DNA of 64,000 nt, taken from positions 1 through 64,000 of IMG/VR virus record IMGVR_UViG_3300030419_002087; one strand, given 5' to 3'. Position numbers and translations under genes: made by a program. The notes under the pieces are model-generated. The model was not told the origin of the DNA, did not search any database, and saw only the letters and a program-made list of their open reading frames with translations. The number at the start of each line of letters is the position of its first letter. Positions within the stretch are counted from its first letter, which is position 1. This stretch comes from a virus. Of the stretch, positions 58,291-64,000 are shown one piece after another.

Positions 58291-59898
58291 ATGCCCGCAA
58301 TTATTAGTGATCAATTTAGGATCTTAAATGCTGCGAATTTTGTAGCTGGTGTGGCGGATACCACCCAATCATATTACACTTATCTTGGTTTGCCCAATTC
58401 AGGTGATTTTGGTGCTGGTTACGGTACTACGGATTGGAATACAAACACTCCCGCCCCCAAGGACGGATTTAGAGAATATAATGATGATTACGACACAATG
58501 ATCGCACTCAAGAAATTGAGTACAGGTGACGTAAAGAGAATGATTAGAAAATATTCGTGGTCTGGTGGTACAGTTTTTGAGATGTATAAGAATAATTATA
58601 CTCGAAGTAACTTATCTCCACAGACTTCTTCAACTAATCTGTATGATGCAAAATATTATATTGTAAACAGTCAATTTAAGGTTTATCTTTGTATTAACAA
58701 TGGCCAAGATCCTGCTAACCCATTAGGTAAGCAGTCACTTGACGAACCAACTTTTACTGATTTAGAACCAAAGGCTGCTGGTACTTCTGGTGATGGATAT
58801 CTCTGGAAGTATATGTACACCATTAATCCAAGTGATATTGTTAAATTTGATTCTATTGACTATATTCCTGTTCCTGATAATTGGGGTGATGGAGATACAA
58901 CAGATGTTAAAAATGCATCTGTTGATGGTAAAGTCGAAACAGCCTTAATTGTTAACTCTGGTGGTGGATATCAACCAATTTCTACTACATTTAATAATAT
59001 TCCAATTTTAGGTGATGGTACTGGAGGTAAAGCTTCTGTTACTGTTGATGCTCAAGGTAAAGTTTCGGATGTTACTGTAACTAATGGTGGTGTTAATTAT
59101 ACAAGAGGTGTTATTAATTTCTTCCCAGGCGCTCCTGGCTCTGAAACTGGTGGCCCTATTGTAGGACTTTCTGCTGTTGGTGTTGGTACAACATCTGTTG
59201 CTGAATTTGAAGTTGTAATGCCTCCTCCTGGCGGTCATGGTGCTGATGTTTATCGTGAATTAGGTGCATTTAGAGTCCTATTGTATAGTAGATTTGAAAA
59301 TGATGCATCAAACCCAGATTTTATTATCGGGAATGATTTTGCAAGAATTGGAGTAGTTAAAAATCCATTAACTCCATCTGGGTCAATCTTAAATTCATCT
59401 AGAGCTAGTGCTTTAGTTGGATTGAAATTACAGAGTTTGACTCCTGGCGGAAGTGTAGTTAATACTACTTTCAAGGTTGATAGTCCTGTATATCAAACAA
59501 TTGGTGTTGGTTCAACAGCAGTTGGATATGTTGCTAGTTGGGATAGTGCTACTGCTGTATTGAAAATCTATAATCCAGTTGGATTAGGTTCTACCGCCTA
59601 TGGATTTAGACTTAATGATTTCACATCACAAATAGGTGTTGGTGGAAGTTATGCTGTTAATGGTCAATCAGCTGGTGGAACTCTTGGTATTGATACAAGT
59701 TTTGGAAATGTTAGTACGCCAGGCACAGCTACCACTGTTGGTAATGCTTTAGTCCAATTAGGACAAAGTTTCGTGGAGGGTGTTGCATCACCCGAAATTA
59801 AAAAATATTCTGGGGATATGTTATACATAGATAACAGGGCCGCGATACAACGTAGCGCTAACCAGAAAGAAGACATTAAGATCGTATTAGAGTTCTAA
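58291..59898 (+). CDS. gp8: Baseplate wedge subunit gp8
   Basis: MPAIISDQFRILNA.NF, YYIVNS.FKVY.CI.N, DGYLWKYMYTI, P.GGHG, DIKIVLEF; ATAAATA at 58260-58266. Confidence 0.92.
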   Translation: MPAIISDQFRILNAANFVAGVADTTQSYYTYLGLPNSGDFGAGYGTTDWNTNTPAPKDGFREYNDDYDTMIALKKLSTGDVKRMIRKYSWSGGTVFEMYKNNYTRSNLSPQTSSTNLYDAKYYIVNSQFKVYLCINNGQDPANPLGKQSLDEPTFTDLEPKAAGTSGDGYLWKYMYTINPSDIVKFDSIDYIPVPDNWGDGDTTDVKNASVDGKVETALIVNSGGGYQPISTTFNNIPILGDGTGGKASVTVDAQGKVSDVTVTNGGVNYTRGVINFFPGAPGSETGGPIVGLSAVGVGTTSVAEFEVVMPPPGGHGADVYRELGAFRVLLYSRFENDASNPDFIIGNDFARIGVVKNPLTPSGSILNSSRASALVGLKLQSLTPGGSVVNTTFKVDSPVYQTIGVGSTAVGYVASWDSATAVLKIYNPVGLGSTAYGFRLNDFTSQIGVGGSYAVNGQSAGGTLGIDTSFGNVSTPGTATTVGNALVQLGQSFVEGVASPEIKKYSGDMLYIDNRAAIQRSANQKEDIKIVLEF

Positions 59899-59902
59899 GA
59901 AC

Positions 59903-62900
59903 ATGCCACAAGAGACAAACCTCAATGTAAGTCCTTATTTTGACGATTTTAATGAGGACAAGAATTTTAATAGGGTTCTGTTTAAGCCCGCTACGCCAAT
60001 TCAGGCTAGAGAATTAACACAATTACAATCGATTCTCCAAAATCAGATTGAAAGATTTGGACAACATTTCTTCAAAGAAGGATCTCAGGTTATCCCTGGC
60101 CAGATTGCTTATGACTCTCAATATAATGCTGTAGAACTTACTGAAAGTTTCTTAGGTATACAACTGACCAATTATATTGATCAATTAGTAGGTAAAACTA
60201 TTAAAGGTGAACAATCTGGTGTTGTAGCTAAAGTTGTTAATAATTTAACTGCAACTAAGTCCGACAGAGGAAATAATACTCTTTATGTAAAATATCAGAA
60301 GTCTGGTGATGATTTTGAGACCGTAACTTTTCAGGACGGTGAAAATTTAATCTGTACTAGTGATATTGAATATGGTAATACTAGAATTGTAGCTAATAAC
60401 CCTTTTGCTGCTTGTATTCCATCCAATGCATGTTCTATTGGATCTGCTGCTTCTATTGCGGATGGTGTTTATTTTGTTAGAGGATTCTTTGTAAAAGTAA
60501 CTGCAAATACTGTAATTCTTGATCAGTATACTAATGATCCAACATGTAGAGTTGGTCTGTTTATTAGTGAAAATTTAGTTACTGCTTATTCAGATGATAC
60601 ATTATTTGATAATGCATCTGGTTTCTCTAACTATGCTGCGCCTGGAGCTGATAGACTTCAACTTCAAACTACTCTTATAAAGAAAGATATTGATGAATTT
60701 AACGATGAGAATTTCGTTGAATTGATGAGATTGAAGAGTGGTAATATTGAAAAATTTGTAGAAAAGACAGATTATAATATTTTAAAGGATGAATTGGCCA
60801 GAAGAACATATGAAACTAGTGGTGATTATTATGTAAAACCTTTCCAAGTTAATATTAAGGAATCTCTTAATAATAGACAAGGAAATGGTGGTATCTATTA
60901 TAAAGATCAAAAAACTGCTGAAGGTAATGATCCATCAAAAGATTTGATGGTTTATCAAATGTCGCCTGGTAAGGCATATGTAAAAGGATATGATATAAAG
61001 AAAATTACTTCTACAAATATTGATGTAGAAAAACCAAGAACAATTAAGACTATAGAAAGTGATATAGTTCCTGTTGAAACAACATCTAGTGTTATTGTTA
61101 ATAATGTTTATGGATCTCCAAAAATAGGTTTTGGATCAACAGCTACAATAGATCTTTATACTGATAGAATTAATAGTGGTGGTAGTGCAAATGGTACATA
61201 TATCGGTAATGCAAAGGTATATGACTTTAAATTAGAGAATACTCCATATGCAAATGCTGCAACCAACTATGAAGTTTCATTATACGATGTACAGACATTT
61301 ACAGTATTAACAGTTAATACCGCACAAACATTATCAACTCCAATTTATGTGGAGGGTGCAAGAAGTGGGGCCTCTGGTTATCTTAAGAGTAATGTTAGTA
61401 GTAGTGTTTCTTTAACACTTACTGGTACTAAAGGAGCCTTTATTGTAGATGAACCACTTAAAATAAATGGAGTTCAAGAATCTGTTAGTGTAACTTCAGT
61501 TGTTGAATATGATTTTGGAGATGTTAAATCATTCCATCAAAATAATTCACCTAATGTTTTTACAGCTGACTTAGATCTTACAGAAAAATTCTCTATTGCG
61601 CCTCCAGGCACACAGTTTACAATAACTAGTGGTGGTACTGTTACGGTTCCTGGCAAGAGATTTGCTGTAGGAATTAAAACTGGTGATATTGTTTCATATA
61701 ATTTACAGAGTAATAGTGATATAACCTATAACAAGGTATCAGCATTGTCAGCTGATGGATCTACCATGACAATTGTTGCTTGCCCTCAAGATATTGCTGG
61801 GGTTTGTGATAAAGATCTACCAGGCGGTACTGTATCTCCAAGTGATTTTGGTATTGTAAAACCAGCTTTACGTAATGCTCAGAATTCAAGACTAACATCA
61901 AATTTACCTCAAAGGTTTATTTCTTCTGTTGATCTTAAAAATGCTCAACTTTTAATTAGAAAACAGTATGTTCTTAATATATCCTCTAAGAGGGGTACTG
62001 TTACTGTAGATGATCCAGATTTATTCTTCCAACCTTTTGATGAGGAAGATTATAACTTAACATATTCAGATGGATCGATAGAAACTCTTTCATCTCAAAA
62101 TGTTCAGTTTAACGCTGATTTTAAAACAATTACTTTACGAAGTTTAACTAAGACTTCTGATACTAATGCAGTTCTTGTTACCACACTTAAAAAGATAAAT
62201 GTAACTTCAAAAGCTAAAACTCTTTCTAAATGTGCAAAAGTAACATTTAATAGATCAAAACATGATTATTCTGGAACTAATACTACATCATTTAATAATG
62301 GATTAACATATAATGCAATCTATGGAACTAGGGTAGAAGATGATCAGATATGTTTAAATGTTCCAGATGGTCTTAGGGTTCATGCTATATTTGAATCTTC
62401 AGGAACATCAGATCCATCTTTGCCTGGAGCTACTTTAATTAATAGAAGTGATGCTTTAACAAATACAATTCAAGGTGAACAAGTTCTTGGTGTAGAGAGT
62501 GGTGCTTTGGGCCAAGTTGTATCTACAACTACTAGTACATTTGAAGTAGTTTATAAGAATGAATTTATCTTCCAAGTTGGAGAAACACTTATTTTCCAAT
62601 CTTCTGGTATAACTGGAGAAGTTTCTCAAGTTGTAGCTGGTGATAAGAATATTGGTGAAGATTTCCAGTTTGATAATGGAGATAGGAAGGAATATTTAGA
62701 TTATTGTAGAATTGTCAGAGAACCAACTGCTGATGAACCCAAGAAACGAATAACTGTTGTGTTTGACCACTATGTTGTTGATGCTGGATCTGGTGGAGAT
62801 GTAGTTACTGTAAACAGTTATCCTTCAGATGCCTTTGAATATGATTTACCAAAAATTCGTGGTAGAGCTGCTACTGATTTTGTTGATATTAGGCCTAGAG

Positions 62901-64000
62901 TAAAGGATTATAGTACAGGTGATAGTGACTCTCCATTTGAATATGATTATCGTGATTTTTCAAGTACTGGAGCAAGTGCTGCGAATATATTAGTACCTAA
63001 TGAGGCTTTAATTTTAGGTTATTCTTATTATCTGGGTAGAATTGATAAGATTCTTTTAAGTAGAGATGGATTCTTTGAAATTAAAAAAGGAGCTCCTTCT
63101 GAAAATCCTATAGCTCCAGATACTCCTACTGGAGGATTCTTAGTATCAACTGTATTCAATGCTCCTTACATTAGAAACGCTACATACGAATCTAATAGTA
63201 TTCTTTCTTCTCATAAGAGATATACGATGTTTGACATCGGTAGACTTGAGAATAGGGTTAAGAATATAGAGTTCTATACACAATTATCTTTACTTGAAAC
63301 TGAAACATCAAATTTAAACATAAGGGATGCTGGTACTGGTCTTGATAGATTTAAGTCTGGATTCTTTGTAGATAATTTTAGAGGACATGGTTCTCATTCT
63401 ATCTCACATCCATTATTCAAGGCATCTGTTGATAAGGCCAAAGGTGAATGCCGTCCTTCTCATTACACTACATCATATGATCTTTTAATTGGATCAGAAC
63501 AAGTTGTTGGAATTGGTACAACTGCCGATCCTAATGCTGATTTAACTCAGGTTTCTGATTTACAGTCCAATTCACTACAGAGAACAGGTGATGTTGTTAC
63601 TTTAAAATATACTGAATCTAAATTTATTGAACAGAAGTTTGCTACTACTGTTGAGAATGTAAACCCATTTGCGGTTATTAACTGGGTTGGTGTTATTACT
63701 TTAAGTCCAGCATCAGATACTTGGTTAGATGAAAAACATTTAGATGTTAATAATATCATCATGGAAGGTGAATACCAATCCTTGATGGCTGAATTAAATA
63801 TTGATCCTAATACTGGATTCTCTCCAATTGATTGGAATGCTTGGGAAGAAGATTGGAGTTCTGTAGATGTTTCTGAGAGAGAATTAGGCCAAAAAATAAC
63901 TGAAACTGATAGAAAAGTAGGTAACTGGAGTAGAGGATTTACTGAAGGTGGAGAACTTTTACCACCTATACATGGCGGACATATATCCAGAACTAGAAAA
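59903..64000 (+). CDS. VrlC-like/DUF4815 virion structural protein (3' truncated; not in ORF track)
   Basis: MPQETNLNVSPYFDDF...RVLFKP..PIQARELTQLQSILQNQIERFG, APGADR, LARRTY.TSGDY, RYTM.DIG.LE.R, DRFKSGFFVDNF; appears open to the window end. Confidence 0.85.
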   Translation, partial: MPQETNLNVSPYFDDFNEDKNFNRVLFKPATPIQARELTQLQSILQNQIERFGQHFFKEGSQVIPGQIAYDSQYNAVELTESFLGIQLTNYIDQLVGKTIKGEQSGVVAKVVNNLTATKSDRGNNTLYVKYQKSGDDFETVTFQDGENLICTSDIEYGNTRIVANNPFAACIPSNACSIGSAASIADGVYFVRGFFVKVTANTVILDQYTNDPTCRVGLFISENLVTAYSDDTLFDNASGFSNYAAPGADRLQLQTTLIKKDIDEFNDENFVELMRLKSGNIEKFVEKTDYNILKDELARRTYETSGDYYVKPFQVNIKESLNNRQGNGGIYYKDQKTAEGNDPSKDLMVYQMSPGKAYVKGYDIKKITSTNIDVEKPRTIKTIESDIVPVETTSSVIVNNVYGSPKIGFGSTATIDLYTDRINSGGSANGTYIGNAKVYDFKLENTPYANAATNYEVSLYDVQTFTVLTVNTAQTLSTPIYVEGARSGASGYLKSNVSSSVSLTLTGTKGAFIVDEPLKINGVQESVSVTSVVEYDFGDVKSFHQNNSPNVFTADLDLTEKFSIAPPGTQFTITSGGTVTVPGKRFAVGIKTGDIVSYNLQSNSDITYNKVSALSADGSTMTIVACPQDIAGVCDKDLPGGTVSPSDFGIVKPALRNAQNSRLTSNLPQRFISSVDLKNAQLLIRKQYVLNISSKRGTVTVDDPDLFFQPFDEEDYNLTYSDGSIETLSSQNVQFNADFKTITLRSLTKTSDTNAVLVTTLKKINVTSKAKTLSKCAKVTFNRSKHDYSGTNTTSFNNGLTYNAIYGTRVEDDQICLNVPDGLRVHAIFESSGTSDPSLPGATLINRSDALTNTIQGEQVLGVESGALGQVVSTTTSTFEVVYKNEFIFQVGETLIFQSSGITGEVSQVVAGDKNIGEDFQFDNGDRKEYLDYCRIVREPTADEPKKRITVVFDHYVVDAGSGGDVVTVNSYPSDAFEYDLPKIRGRAATDFVDIRPRVKDYSTGDSDSPFEYDYRDFSSTGASAANILVPNEALILGYSYYLGRIDKILLSRDGFFEIKKGAPSENPIAPDTPTGGFLVSTVFNAPYIRNATYESNSILSSHKRYTMFDIGRLENRVKNIEFYTQLSLLETETSNLNIRDAGTGLDRFKSGFFVDNFRGHGSHSISHPLFKASVDKAKGECRPSHYTTSYDLLIGSEQVVGIGTTADPNADLTQVSDLQSNSLQRTGDVVTLKYTESKFIEQKFATTVENVNPFAVINWVGVITLSPASDTWLDEKHLDVNNIIMEGEYQSLMAELNIDPNTGFSPIDWNAWEEDWSSVDVSERELGQKITETDRKVGNWSRGFTEGGELLPPIHGGHISRTRK

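Overview
This window is a 64-kb segment of a T4-like marine cyanomyovirus (Prochlorococcus/Synechococcus phage type, P-SSM2-like gene order), AT-rich and almost entirely + strand. In order it carries: the 3' part of baseplate hub gp5 and neighbouring structural genes, a tRNA-Gly(TCC), three large fibre/structural genes (two with C-terminal S74 chaperones, one with a 54-triplet collagen domain), a coupled enzyme cluster, an accessory/early region (about 23.3-38.4 kb) of small ORFs in promoter-ORF-terminator cassettes with a GC-rich non-coding island, then a GT2-like protein, ferredoxin, a SET protein, gp25, gp6, a 5188-aa gp7, gp8 and a truncated VrlC-like gene. Three observations stand out. 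(1) Gene 21406-23286 fuses a ColGalT/GT25 domain, a PLOD/LH3-type glycosyltransferase domain and a lysyl-hydroxylase domain, and lies just downstream of a Gly-X-Lys-rich collagen fibre, suggesting a complete phage collagen hydroxylysine-glycosylation system. (2) Every CCWGG, CCGG and GGNCC site I found overlaps a GpC, which suggests GpC cytosine modification. (3) The GC-rich island holds four sigma70-like promoters and clustered palindromic operators and is an origin candidate. All calls come from reading motifs by eye; no searches were run.
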